DNA of 64,000 bases, from NCBI RefSeq assembly GCF_036365525.1, contig NC_090378.1, positions 98,638,116 through 98,702,115 on the forward strand, given 5' to 3'. Source of the stretch: Heterodontus francisci (taxonomy: Eukaryota). A program made the position numbers and the translations under genes. The notes below the pieces were generated by a model. It had not been told where the DNA came from. It worked only from the letters and a program-made list of their open reading frames with translations, and searched no databases. This document shows, one piece after another, positions 38,684-51,150 of the stretch (positions are counted from its first letter, which is position 1; the number at the start of each line of letters is the position of its first letter).

Positions 38684-39502
38684 TAAATTAGGAGAAAATT
38701 CATGTGAATTATGTGGCATCTTTCAAACCTCTCGATTTGGGAATTGTGCCATTAGATTGGAAATTTACTAATGTCATTCCATTATTTAAAAGGAAGGGAG
38801 AGAGAAATTAGTCAACCACAGGTCTCTCAGCTTAATGTCAGTTAAAGTCATAGAAATCAGAAATGTAAAATCATAGAAAAAGAGGCCATTCAGCCCATCA
38901 TGTTTGTGCTGGCTGAAAGAGCTATTCAGCCTAATCCCACTTTCCAGCTCTTGGCTCATAGCCCTGTAGATTACAGTGCTTCAAGTTGTAGGGAAGCTAC
39001 TTGAATCTATCTACACAGAGACTGAGCATTTAAACAAATCAGCTGATCAAAGATTTTGTTAAGGTTTAGTCATCTCTGATTAATCTAATTCAATTTTTTG
39101 AGGAATTTAGCAAAAGGTAGATAAGAGTGTGTCCATGGACATTATCAAAATGGATGTCCAGAATGCATTCTACAAGATTAACAAAAAATTCAGTGCATAA
39201 ATTGGAGGTACCCTTTTGATCAAAGCTGGAAATCATTTGGGAGGTAGGACACAGAGTGGGGATAAAGGTCAAGTACTCTGACTGGTGGAAAGTGACATTC
39301 CCAGGATTCCAGGGCCTCAACTTTTCACCAGGTGTATTAATGACTTGGCTGCTGGAATAGAGAGATACAGAGCTGTATATCCAAGTTTGCAGATGACACT
39401 AAGTTAGGAGGCACATTAAGCAGTGTAGATGGGAGCAGGAAGTTGGAAAGAAACAGACAGATGAAGTGAGTGACCAAAACTATGGCAATTAGAGTTCAAT
39501 AT

Positions 39503-39775
39503 GCCAGCATTCGCCAGAGCTGGCGGGCAGCCATAAAGACAGGGCTAAATTGTGGCGAGTCGAAGAGACTTAGTAGTTGGCAGGAAAAAAGACAGAGGCG
39601 CAAGGGGAGAGCCAACTGTGCAACAGCCCCAACAAACAAATTTCTCTGCAGCACCTGTGGAAGAGCCTGTCACTCCAGAATTGGCCTTTATAGCCACTCC
39701 AGGCGCTGCTTCACAAACCACTGACCACCTCCAGGCACGTATCCATTGTCTCTCGAGATAAGGAGGCCCAAAAGA
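39503..39775 (+). mobile_element. RTE LINE 3' fragment
   Basis: C-terminal CSTCGRACHSRIGLYSH zinc-finger-like motif; matches about 19290-19555. Confidence 0.88.
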
Positions 39776-40369
39776 ATGAGCAAGTGTGAGGTCATCCACT
39801 TGGGACCCAAAAAGCCAAGAGTATTTGCTAAAGGTTGAAATACGAGGAACTGTATAAGAGCAGAGAGATTTGAGAGTCCAAGTAAATAATTAAAATCCAA
39901 TAGGCAGATACAAAAAGCAATTCAAAAGGCTAATGCAATGTTGGCCTTCATCTCAAAAGGGGCTGGAATACAAAGTTACACTACAGTTGTACAAAGCTTT
40001 GGTAAAACCACATCTTCAGTACTGCATTCAGTTCTGGGTACCATACTTCAAGATAAATATTTTGGTCTTGCAAGGGGTGCAGCACAGATTCACTAGAATG
40101 ATACCGGGGCTAAAAGGGTTATATGGGAGGTCAGGTTGCATCAACCTGTCTTCCATTAACTTAAGTATAGAAGATTAGGGGTGATCTAATTGTTTAAGAC
40201 GATGAAAGGATTTGATAGGGTAAAGAGAGAGAAACTGTTTCCTCTGGTGGGAGAGTCCAGAACAAGGGGGCAGAGCCTCAGAACTAGAGCTAGACAGTTC
40301 AGGGGCGATGTCAGGAAGCAGTTCTCAATACAAAAGGATAAAGTAAATCTGGAACGGTCCCCCAAAAAG

Positions 40370-40599
40370 AACTAAAAGAAAAGCAAAATACTGCAGATGC
40401 TGGAAATCTGAAATAAAAACAAAGTGCTGGAAATACTCAGCAGGTCAGGCAGCATCTGTGGAGAGAGAAGCAGAGTGAAAGGTCTGTGACCTTTCCTCAG
40501 GGTTCTGGTGCAAGGTCACCAACCTGAAATGTTAACTCTGCTTCTCTCTCCACAGATTCTGCCAGACCTGCTGAGTATTTCCAGCACTTTCTGTTTCTA
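40370..40599. mobile_element. Older Penelope-end fold-back insertion
   Basis: 12-bp TSD tcccccaaaaag (40358-40369, 40600-40611); inverted arms (gtgctggaaatactcagcaggtc / gacctgctgagtatttccagcac). Confidence 0.8.
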
Positions 40600-41861
40600 T
40601 CCCCCAAAAAGCAGTTGAGGATAATTGTCAATTGAAAACTTCAAAACAGAGGACAAAAGTTTTTTGTTAGGTGAAGGTATTAAGGGAAACAGAACTAAGG
40701 CAGGTAAATTAAGATAAAAGTTCAGCTATGATCTAACTGAATGAGGGAACAGGCTTGAGGAGCTGAACAGCCTACTCTCATTCCCTTGTGTACCTTAGGC
40801 AGAAAAAAGATAAAACCACTGGATCGTGTCCAAAGGGGGCGTCTAAGAGTCATTAGGTTTGTTATAAAGCCTGATACTTGCCACTTAATGAATCAGAGGT
40901 GGGGATATTCACAGGGCTACCAGGAATTGTTAATCCACCTCAGTCAGTGAAAGACACGACACACACAATTAGCACACCACTCTCTTCCCCACCCCCACCA
41001 ACTGCAGCAACCAAGATGTTCATTCAATTGTATCTCACCGAATGATTAAATTTGTGCTTCAGTTAATGCATTAGTAGAATTTAATCTACACTGGATTACC
41101 AGAACTGTTCGATGTTATATAAAGCAGCAATTTATTGAAAGGGTTGAAGGAACATCAACTGAAATCCATTGCGGGAACTGTTAAATTCACTTAACGCATG
41201 GTTATTTTGATTGATGCTGATTCTGTGTAGGAATATGTATTTCAGCTTCACAAAAACAATGCATTCCCCCAGTCACTATCAATGAGAATTAATTGCATTT
41301 TGAATCAGTCAAAAATGCAGGGGCATCAGACTTGGTACAATAACAGCACACCAGCATTACTACTAAGCAATTTTAAAAGCAGTTCAAGAACATGGATACA
41401 TATAATCCAAAAAAAAAACTCCAAGGTGAGTTTTAGGTTTAACAGTGCCAAAATCTTTTTTTAATAAAAAACTGGCGCAAAATGAACAGGGGGTAATGGA
41501 CACAGGAGCAGCTCAGGTGCACCTGCCTATCCTGTCCCAGACTGAAGTCAGTGACCATGGCAATCAAGCAGGCAAGAGATGATTAATGAATCGCATTCGA
41601 AACAGCTCTTTAAAAATTCAAATTCGATACAACAGCTAATTCAATGGCATGAATTTTGTTATCAAGGCATTTTTTTCCTAGCTGGAAACACAAAGTCAGT
41701 GAATAGATACTTTGTGTGGCAGATCCTTCAAGAATCCTGCAAGGGTTTTATTTTTGGTTTGAATGTGAAATGAGAGTGAACATGATTTGCAGATATCCGC
41801 ATCTTAATTCAGAGATTGCAGAACCTCCTCACCTGCCCTGCTCACCCCCTTGAACACTTAC

Positions 41862-42080
41862 CTGACAGTCAAAAAGGAGGCACTCCATTACTCGTGGGTA
41901 AAAGCTGCCCCTTTGTGCTTCATTTACCGCCTGTCCCTTTACATCTCCTCGCCCCTAACGCCTGCAACTCAAACTCACAGCCTCTGGTCTGTGCAACAAA
42001 GTGCCGCTCTGCCGCTCCATAAATCCGGCCTCAGATAGACTCCCAGCTAGGCAGTGCGCAGCGCTCACTTAAAGAGACAG
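41862..42080 (-). promoter_or_regulatory. Candidate promoter and first exon of a minus-strand gene
   Basis: Local GC/CpG enrichment in non-repeat DNA; NRF1-like tgcgcagcgc at about 42055; consensus donor CAG|GTAAGT at 41862/41861. Confidence 0.5.
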
Positions 42081-42784
42081 AGCAGGTGTATAAAAACAGT
42101 AAATATCAACAAACATTACTACACCTTTATATAGTTGTAAGATGCCTTATACGGCAACAACATAGTTTTCTGCATTTGTACAAGTGAAGAGATTAAAGGG
42201 GTGTGTTTTTAATAATTAAAAATGATAATTACACTGGAGCTGGACATTCCTTTTTAATTTAAAGTTGTAACTAAAAATCGATATCACCATTTGATAAGGA
42301 AATTGGATAAATACTTGAAGGTAAATTTTGAAGGGTTGTGCTGAAATAACAGGGGCGTGGGCCTAATTGGATTGCTCTTTCAAAGAGCTAGTACTGGCAT
42401 GATGGGCCAAACAGCCGCCTTCTGTGCTGCATCATTCTATGATCTGGCAGCCAGCCGTGAAACATCCTCTATTTATAAACAGGTAAACAGGGGAGGCAAA
42501 CGGGATACTGTTTTCCCAGTTTCAGTCACAATCTTTTATAAGCTCAGATACATTGAACAACTGTCCAATTGACATCTAATAACCAATGGTCATATTTAAA
42601 CCTGTTCAGGTTTTTAAATAAGATCATAGCTTTCAAACTATTAAAAAGACCTTCAGCTGGTAAAGTGATTCTGAGGTTCAACTTAAATATTCCTTCCTCT
42701 TCACACACACATAATTGGTCATTCTGAATTTATGGCCTTATCCCTTTGTAAAAACAAAAGAGTTCTTTCAAATTAATCAATTTA

Positions 42785-45700
42785 TTTTTTTTATTCATTC
42801 ATGGGATGTGGGGGTCACTGGTTAGGACAGCATTTATTGCCCATTCCTAATTGCCCTTGAGAAGGTGGTGGTGAGCTGCCTTCTTGAACCGCTGCAGTCC
42901 ATGTAGGGTAGGTACACCCACAGTGCTGTTAGGAAGGGAGTTCCAGGATTTTGACCCAGCAACAGTGAAGGAACGGCGATATAGTTCCAAGTCAGGTTGG
43001 TGTGTGGCTTGGAGGGGAACTTGCAGGCGGTGGTGTTCCTATGCATGTGCTACCCTTGGCCTTCTAGGTGGTAGAGGTCGTGGGTTTGGAAGGTGCTGTC
43101 TAGGGAGCCTTGGTGCTGCAGTGCATCTTGTAGATGGTACGCACTGCTGCCACTGTGCGTCAGTGGTGGAGGGAGTGAATGTTTGTAGATGGGGTGTCAA
43201 TCAAGCGGGCCGCATTGTCCTGGATGGTGTCAAGCTTCTTGAGTGTTGTTGGAGCTGCACCCATCCAGGCAAGTGCAGAGTATTCCATCACACTCCTGAC
43301 TTGTGCCTTGTAGATGGTGGACAGGCTTTGGGGAGTCAGGAGGTGAGTTACTCGCCTCAGGATTCCGAGCCTCTGACCTGCTCTTGTAGCCAGGGTATTT
43401 ATATGGCTATTCCAGTTCAGTTTCTGGTCAATGGTAACCCCCAGGATGTTGATAGTGGGGGATTCAGCGATTGTAATGCCATGATGTCAAGGGGAGATAG
43501 TAGATTCTCTCTTGTTTAGGATGGTCATTGCCTGGCACTTGTGTGGCACGAATGTTACCTGCCACTTATCAGCCCAAGCCTAGATATTGTCCAGGTCTTG
43601 TTGCATGTCTACATGGACTGCTTCAGTATTTGAGGAGTCGTGAAAATGCTAAACATTGTGCAATCATCAGCGAACATCCCCATTTCTGACCTTATGATTG
43701 AAGGAAGTCATTGATGAAGCAGCTGAAGTTGGTTGGGCCTAGGACACTACCCTGAGGAACTCCTGCAGTGATGTCTTGGAGCTGAGATGATTGACCCCCA
43801 ACAACCATCATCCTTTGGGCTAGGTATGACTCCAACCAGTAGAGAGTTTTGTCCCTGAGTCCCATTGACTCCAGTTTTGCTAGGGCTCCTTAATGTCAAG
43901 GGCAGTCACTCTTACCTCACGTCTTGAGTTCAGCTCTTTTGTCCATGTTTGAATCAAGACTGTATGAGGTCAGGAGTTGAGTGACCCTGCTGGAATCCAA
44001 ACTGAGCATCATTGAGCAGGTTATTGGTAAGCAAGTGCTGCTTGATGGTGCAGTTGACAACACCTTCCATCACTTTACTGATGATTGAGAGTAGACTGAC
44101 GGAGCAGTAATTGGCTGGGTTGGATTTGTCCTGCTATTTGTGTGCAGGACATCCCTGGACATTTTTCCACATTGTCGGATAGATGCCAGTGTTGTAGCTG
44201 TACTGGAACAGCTTGGCTAGGGGTGCAGCAGGTTCTGGAGCATAGGTCTTCAGTACTATTGCTGGAATGTTGTCAGAGCCCATAGACTTTGCAGTATCCA
44301 GTGCCTTCAGTTGTTTCTTGATATCATGTGGAGTGAATCGAATTGGCTGAAGACTGGCATCTGTCATGCTGGGGCTTCAGGAGGAGGCCGAGATGAATCA
44401 TCCACTCGGCATTTCTGGCTGATATTTGTTGCAAATGCTTCAGCCTTATCTTTCGCACTGATGTGCTTGGCTCCCCCATCATTGAGGATGGGGATATTTG
44501 TGCAGCCACCTCCTCCTGTTAGTTGTTTAATTGTCCACCAGCATTCATGACTGGATGTGGCAGGACTGCAGAGCTTAGATTTGATCCGTTGGTTGTGGGA
44601 TCACTTAGTCCTGTCTATCGCATGCTGCTTAAGCAGTTTGGCATGCAGGTTGTCCTGGGTTGTAGCTTCATCAGGTTGATAGCTCATTTTGAGATATGCC
44701 TGGTGCTGCTCCTGCACTCTCCATTGAACCAAGTTTGGTCCCCCGACTTGATGGTAATGGTAGAGTGGGGGATATGCCAGGCCACGAAGTTACAGATTGT
44801 GGTTGAGGACAAATCTGCTGCTGCTGATGGCCCACAGCGCCTCATGGATGCCCAGTTTTGCATTGCTAGATCTGTTTGAAATCTATCCATTTAGCACAGT
44901 GGTAGTGCCACACAACATGATGGTGGGTATCCTCAATGTGAAGATGGGACTTTGTCTCCACAAGGACTTCACAAGGTCACTCCTACCAATACTATCATGG
45001 ACAGATGCATCTGCAACAGGTAGATTGGTGAGGATGAGGTCAGGTATATTTTTCCCTCTTGTTGGTTCACTCACCACCTGCTGCAGACCCAGTCTAGCAG
45101 CTATGTCCTTTAGGGTTCGGCCTGCCCGTGCAGTAATGGTGATACCGAGCCACTCTTGGTGATGGACATTGAAGTCCCCCACCCAGAGTACATTCTGCAC
45201 CCTTGTCACTTTCAGTGCTTCCTCCAAGTGGTGTCCAACATGGAGGAGTATTGATTCATCAGCTAAGTGGGGGTGGTAGGTGGTAATCAGCAGGAGATTT
45301 CCTTGCCCATGTTTGACCTGATGTCTTGAGACTTCATAGTGTCCAGGGGAACTCCACTCTGACTGTTTACCACTGTGCCACCACCTCTGTGGGTCTGTCC
45401 TGCTGGTGGGACAGGACATACCTAGGGATGGTGATGGCGGTGTCTGGAAATTGTCTGGAAGGTATGATTCCGCGAGTATGACTATGCCAGGCTGCTACTT
45501 GACTAGTCTGTGGGACAGCTCTCCCAACTTTGGCACAAGCTCCCTGATGTTAGTAAGGAGGACTTTGCAGGGTCGACAGGGCTGGGTTTGCTGTTGTCGT
45601 TTCCGGTGCCTAGGTTGATGCCAGGTGTTCCATCTGGTTTCATTCCTTATTGACTTTGTAGTGGTTTGATACAACTGAGTGGCTTGCTAGGCCATTTCAG

Positions 45701-45800
45701 AGGGCATTTCAGAGTCAACCACATTGCTGTGGATCTGGAGTCACACGTAGGCCAGACCAGGTAAGGACAGCAGATTTCCTTCCCTAAATGACATTAGTGA
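42785..45800 (-). mobile_element. LINE family B, near full length (about 3 kb), head lost
   Basis: Core at 45670-45800; APE motifs (LWVGDFNVHHQEWLG, PTRGKN.PDLILTN); RT (caggggtagtgtcctaggccc-like QGSVLGP, FADD); tail cccacatcccatgaatgaataaaa. CR1/L2-group-like; clade unresolved. Confidence 0.88.
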
Positions 45801-46799
45801 ACTTAGATATCCTAGTGTGGAAGTGCAAGGTCATTAAACTAAACATTCAATTCAAAAGTATTACAGGGATTAATTCCTGTTTTTAGTGTTTATGGTTAAT
45901 AAACAGGCCACAAAACCCCCTTCCCAAAGCTAGCAATGTGTTAGAAAACCACATAAACAACCAATTAGATTTATGATTGGTGTGAAATAATTGCTGCTTC
46001 TTCTAATAAAAATGACCACACCATAACTGTGGGGGAGGAAACACCTTAGAATTGCTAACTTACATAGGTTGTTCTATGTAACTTCAGATAATTAGAAAGG
46101 CTGTGTTCTCTTGGCTGGCTTCCCCTGGCAGTACAATCCAAATCTCACACTCTGAGCACCTCCAGCCCCACCCAATATGATATCAGATTTTTGCTGTACA
46201 TGAATTCACACTTGGCTGTCCTTTTTATCGACATGGGGAAGCAGCTGGAGCATGCTGTCACCTATTGCATCTTCAATGGATTAGGGAGCAATGTTCCATC
46301 TTCCCCATGCCAGTGCAGGCTGTTCTCAGTAATGCTTTCATTCTGGTCCAAGAACAAACAACTGCAAATTCATTTTTTTGACTGGATGTCAATAATCCCT
46401 GAGATTAATGTTGTGTTTTAGCAAATCATTTCTAAATTAGAAAGATGCTTGGATGTCCTGTTGCGAATACTGCAGAATATGAATGATTTCCTTAGGGAAA
46501 GATTGGAAATGTTAGTCAAAGACAATGCAGCCTGTTATTCACCAACCAAAACCAAGAAAAGTCATGTTAATTTTAATTTCCACACTTACTGCTATAAAAC
46601 TTGCTTATATTTCCATGTGACAGCTTCCTGAGATATACTTTTTACCGAATGCTTCTATTGGTGCAAAGATATCATGGACTGGTTCATGAACTCGCTAAGA
46701 GGTGAGCAGTTCACAGTATTAATATTGCTGTCTGAATAGATTTTTTTTTAAAGCCTAGTTTCAAAAACTAGTCAAAATCAAAAGAGTTTACCAACACCA

Positions 46800-47205
46800 T
46801 AGAAACAGAGAAAAATTATGGCACAGAAGGAGGCCATTCAGCCCATCGTGTCCTTGCTGGTCGAAAAAACTTGCCGCCCAATCTAATCCCACCTTCCAGC
46901 ACTTGGTCCATAGCCTCACAGGTTACAGCACTCCAGTTGCATGTCCAGGTATCTTTTAAAAGAATTGAGGGTTTCTGCCTCCACCACTGTTCCTGGCAGT
47001 GAATTCCAGACACCCACCACCCTCTGGGTGAAAAAGTCTTTCCTCATGTCCCCTCGAATCCTTCTACCAATCACCTTAAATCTGTGCCCCCTGGTAATTG
47101 ACCTCTCTGCTAGGAGAAACAGGTCCTTCCTGTCTATCTAGGCCCCTCATAACTTTGTACACCTCAATTAAGTCACCCCTCAGCCTCCTCTGTTCTAAGG
47201 AAACT
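46800..47205 (-). mobile_element. CR1 3' end fragment
   Basis: ggcacagaaggaggccattcagccc...gaattccagacacccaccaccctctgggtgaaaaag. Confidence 0.85.
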
Positions 47206-47574
47206 ATCAGTGCCAATTTATAGCAAATTTAACCCCGAGTGTTGTTATATTGTTTATTCAGAACTCTGCAGAATTTTTTTTACATATGATGAAATGTTAA
47301 CACCCAAAATACTTCCACTCAGTGGGAGGAGGGTGCTTATCAATCCATTCAACTCTTCCTCCGCTCTCCAGGCCTATTGAGAGAGAAAACATGAAACTGT
47401 CTCTGTGCAAACATGAGGGAATCCATCTGTGGGAAAGAGTTCTCCCCTGAGGAAAGAGTCCGGAACCTATAGGTAAGGGAAAATTTGCTATGGGTAAAAC
47501 ATTTTAGAAGATGTGTTCCCAGAGGAAAAAGGGAGGAGGGATAAAGGGCAGATTAAGTATTGTGTGCTAAAAAG

Positions 47575-47755
47575 TTCATTGTCACTGGGTCAAAATCCTA
47601 GAACCCCCAACCTAACAGCACTGTGGGAATACCTTCATCAAAAGGACTGCAGCAGTTCAGAAGACGGCTCACCACCATCTTCTCTGGGGCAATTAGGGAT
47701 GGGTAATAAATGCTGGCCTTGCTGCCAACACTCATAACCTGAGAATGACTTTTTA
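47575..47755 (+). mobile_element. LINE family B 3' tail fragment
   Basis: gggcaattagggatgggtaataaatgctggcc. Confidence 0.75.
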
Positions 47756-48439
47756 AAATAGGTGCAATTTGGGAATATAGAAACGTACAATGATTTGAAC
47801 TAAAGCCAAAACAATGTATGTGAGCGGGTATTGTGCCTGTACTGTTCTTAAACTGAGTTCATCACAACGGATCAGAGTCAGGCCAAGGATGCAGGGAATT
47901 TTTAACCCTTCCATGACAAAAGGAAAGTGGTGGGGGGGTATAGACTAAAATTTCAAAAATCTGAATACCCACCCCAATCCATTTAGAATGTGCCCATGTC
48001 CAGTTTTAATGGAGATAGGTTTGGGGGTGAGGGGTGTGGATGACGAACCTGCTCAGGAGAGGCAGGCCAGTTAGTTAAACACAATAAGAAGGCTACTACC
48101 TCAAATTTTAACAGACTCTTAGATTTAATGCCTCCAGCATGGGTTTCCCAGGGCTCAGAAATCCAACAGCTGAAGGGCGGTGAGAACGGCCAGATCCAAT
48201 AGCTGAATGTTTTTCCAACACGGCTTGCGGGCCAGGCAGAGCAGGAATGCTTCCCTCCGGCCCTTCAAGCAAACCTGCTTTCCTCCACTGGATTCCAAGT
48301 TCCATCTCGCCGCTTGATTCAAAGCCCTCTTCTCCCCACCACCCCAACCCCCGCGGTTTCTCCCTCTTTCGCTCTTCTCCATTCCCTGGCTGTGGCTTAC
48401 CCAATGCCAGGCATCCAGCCTTTCAATCAGGCCAGCTGT

Positions 48440-48605
48440 CTGGCTGAAGGTTGTTGCAAATGCTTCAGCCTTGTCTTTTGCACTGATGTGCTGGGCTCCC
48501 CCATCGTTGAGGATGGGGATATTTGTGGAGCTACCTCCTCCTGTTAGTTGTCCATTCATGACTGGATTTGGCAGGACTGCAGAACTTAGATCTGATCCGT
48601 TGTTT
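48440..48605 (-). mobile_element. LINE family B internal fragment
   Basis: GGGSSTNIPILNDGGAQHISAKDKAEAFA; matches 44425-44590. Confidence 0.8.
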
Positions 48606-48961
48606 TGATATTATGTGTTTCTTTTTTCAAATCAGTAATCTAGTTCATGCTTGGTTTAAATGCAGGGATTTTCCTTTGGTGCAATAATTTCCACAATGTG
48701 GCAAGGCAGGAACTCTACCTATCTGACTGCCCTGTGCAGATCGCACCAACTTTGGCATTGTCAACCTAATTTGAAAGCACTGGGTGATCTCCTGGCATTG
48801 TTAGCACCTCTGATTGGGAGCACATTGATTTGTGGGTGAGAATGGCTTGCTGCTACCAGAATATAAATGCCTACAGCAGCTTAAAGGGCCATTGAATCAT
48901 TGATTCATACGTAGATGACAAGAGATGAAAAACTCACTATTTTAACCCTGGCTGCGACCTA

Positions 48962-49429
48962 GGACAGGATTTTGCATTTTGTATCAGGACCCCGACGTGG
49001 GAGTCAAATGGGGGGGTCACGACCCCCTACTATGTTGGGAGCAGTCACCGGCTGTGATTTTCCCTGAATTGACCAATGAGTGACCAGAGGGTGCATCCGC
49101 CATCCAATTAAAGATGGTGGGTGGGCTCTCGAAGCTGGAGGGCCAAAAGGAGACCCTTCAACACAGAAGGAGCTACAGCCTGCCATTGCAGGTAAGGGAG
49201 AGAAAGGGTGCCTCCATCTTGAGGTGCCCACTCAGCAAGTTTAAGAAATCTAAATTTAAAAAATGGCCACAGCTGCTGGGTCACCATTGTGGAGGTCTGG
49301 TTTTCTTCTGTTAGGCCACCCCATGCTGCCCACGCCACGGGGTGTCCACAGACCGACTGGAAATTTAATTCACCTCAATTGTTTACCTGCCTCTGTTCTC
49401 ACCCCCAGATTGTGGCAAAAATTCTGCCC
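48962..49429. mobile_element. PIF/Harbinger-like MITE
   Basis: Imperfect TIRs ggacaggattttgc / gcaaaaattctgccc with cta/tta flanks. Confidence 0.45.
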
Positions 49430-49574
49430 TTATTTTCTCTAATATATGTGCAATACAATGAGATGGCTGTGAAGGAGTGAGATGGAGACACAAGGATGAA
49501 TAAGAGCGATGACAGTTAGATATCAATAAAATAGAGATTATACTTTCTTTGGGCATAGTATGATAATGAAGGAG

Positions 49575-50470
49575 TCTAGGTCTATAATTCCTTAGAGTTT
49601 AGAAGAATGACAGGTGAGCTCATTAAAATATCATGTGATTAGGTGTTTTAGAGGTTAAGATAGTGGTCGACTAATCTATTGTGTTCTGTATCTGTGGGTT
49701 TAATCCCATCCTTTTTGTTGATGTGATTGGAAAAACAATGTTAATGTGAGGAAAAACTTCTTTACACAGCAAGTGGTTGGGATCTGGAACGCACTGCCCA
49801 AGGGTGTGGTAGAGGTAGGCCTTTAAAAGATAATTATCTGAAGAGAAAAAAAATTGCAGGGCTATGGAGAAAAGCGGGAAACTGGGATTAGGTGAGTTGC
49901 TCTCACAGGGAGCCGGCACAGATATGACGGGCTGAATGGCCTCCTTCTGTGCTGGAACCATTCTATGAAACATATTAAATTCTTAAGGGGTTTCACGGAG
50001 TGGATGCTGGGAGAATGTTTCCATTGGCTGGGGAGTCTAGAGCTAGGGGTCACAATCTCAGAATGAGGGGTCAGCCCTTTAGGTCTGAGGAGAAATTTTT
50101 TCACTCAAATTGTTGCCAGTCTTTGGAATTCTCTAATATAAAAGCAAAATACTGCGGATGCTGGAAATCTGAAACAAAAACAAGAAATGCTGGATTCACT
50201 CAGCAGGTCTGGCAGCATCTGTGGAAAGAGAAGCAGAGTTAACGTTTCGGGTCAGTGACCCTTCGTTTGGAATTCTCTACCCCAGTGAGTAGTGGATGCT
50301 AAGTTGTTGAGTATGTTCAAGACAGAGGTCGAAAGATTTTTAGATACTAAGGGAACCAAGGGATATGGAGATAGTGCGGGAAGGTGTAGCTGAGCTAAAC
50401 AATCAGCCATGATCTTACAGAACGACAGAGATGGCTTGTCCAGTCTCCCGCTCCTATTTCTTATATTCTT
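49575..50470 (+). mobile_element. Nested CR1 3' fragments
   Basis: MFPLAGESRARGHNLR; two CR1 tails at about 49965 and 50470. Confidence 0.8.
50136..50265 (-). mobile_element. Penelope-like element 3' end, 130 bp
   Basis: 14-bp TSD tttggaattctcta (50122-50135, 50266-50279); near identical to 57063-57190. Confidence 0.85.
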
Positions 50471-50784
50471 ATGAGTGACATTACCTGCAAGTTTTTCTTG
50501 AGCTCATCAAAGGATATTCACGGAGTACCTTATGCTTCCTTAATTGATGAGCGTTTCATTTGTTTTAAATGGAATATACCATGGCCAGCCAGAAAAAAAC
50601 TATCCAATCATGAGGCTGATTGTAAGTCCCTTGTGAATTATCCCATCAGTTTCACCTTAGCCACTCTTTATTCTAGTCGAACTGCTGGCAATGAGACATA
50701 CTGGACGATAAAAAAGGAATAAGACAAATGCTGTGGGGGATGGTGGCAAGGGGGTGGGGTGGTGGGGGGAAGGTGGGGGGGTGG

Positions 50785-50943
50785 AGGTGAAATTGTTCTG
50801 CATCAGTTATGTGAAACAGGCTGATAAATCAGCAGCTCTCTTTACATTGACTGCAATGGAAAAGGAAATCAGGCAGTCTGTAAAATACACTGCCGATTCA
50901 TCGTGAACCCATTTTATCTTACTGGGGAAGACCAATTCCACCC
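50785..50943. mobile_element. Small Harbinger-like MITE
   Basis: TIRs aggtgaaattgttct / agaccaattccaccc. Confidence 0.45.
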
Positions 50944-50947
50944 ATAT

Positions 50948-51150
50948 AAATCTGAAGTAAAAACAGAAAATTTGATGGACATGGACTGTAGGCTATTCAA
51001 CATCTGAAAGGGAAACATGACTAAACGGTTTTGAGAGTGACTCTATTGTAATGAAGGGTTACAAAGGTCACATCTGAAGCATTAACTTACATCTCTCTCT
51101 CAGATGCTGATTGACTTGCTCCATATTTCAGGCATTTTCTGTTTTTTCAT
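50948..51150. mobile_element. Very old Penelope-end fold-back
   Basis: tctgaagtaaaaacagaaaat...cagatgctgattgacttgct...gcattttctgttttttca: both orientations present, degenerate. Confidence 0.5.

Larger units (their letters stand above)
38690..40790 (+). mobile_element. CR1 LINE remnant with nested insertions
   Basis: SKFADDTKL-encoding ccaagtttgcagatgacactaag; LYKALVKPHLQYCIQFW; LFPLVGESRTRG. Confidence 0.85.

Noticed and set aside
42884-43519. 211-aa plus-strand ORF
   Set aside because: It is the antisense frame of the family B LINE; similar antisense ORFs occur in other copies (33630-33857).
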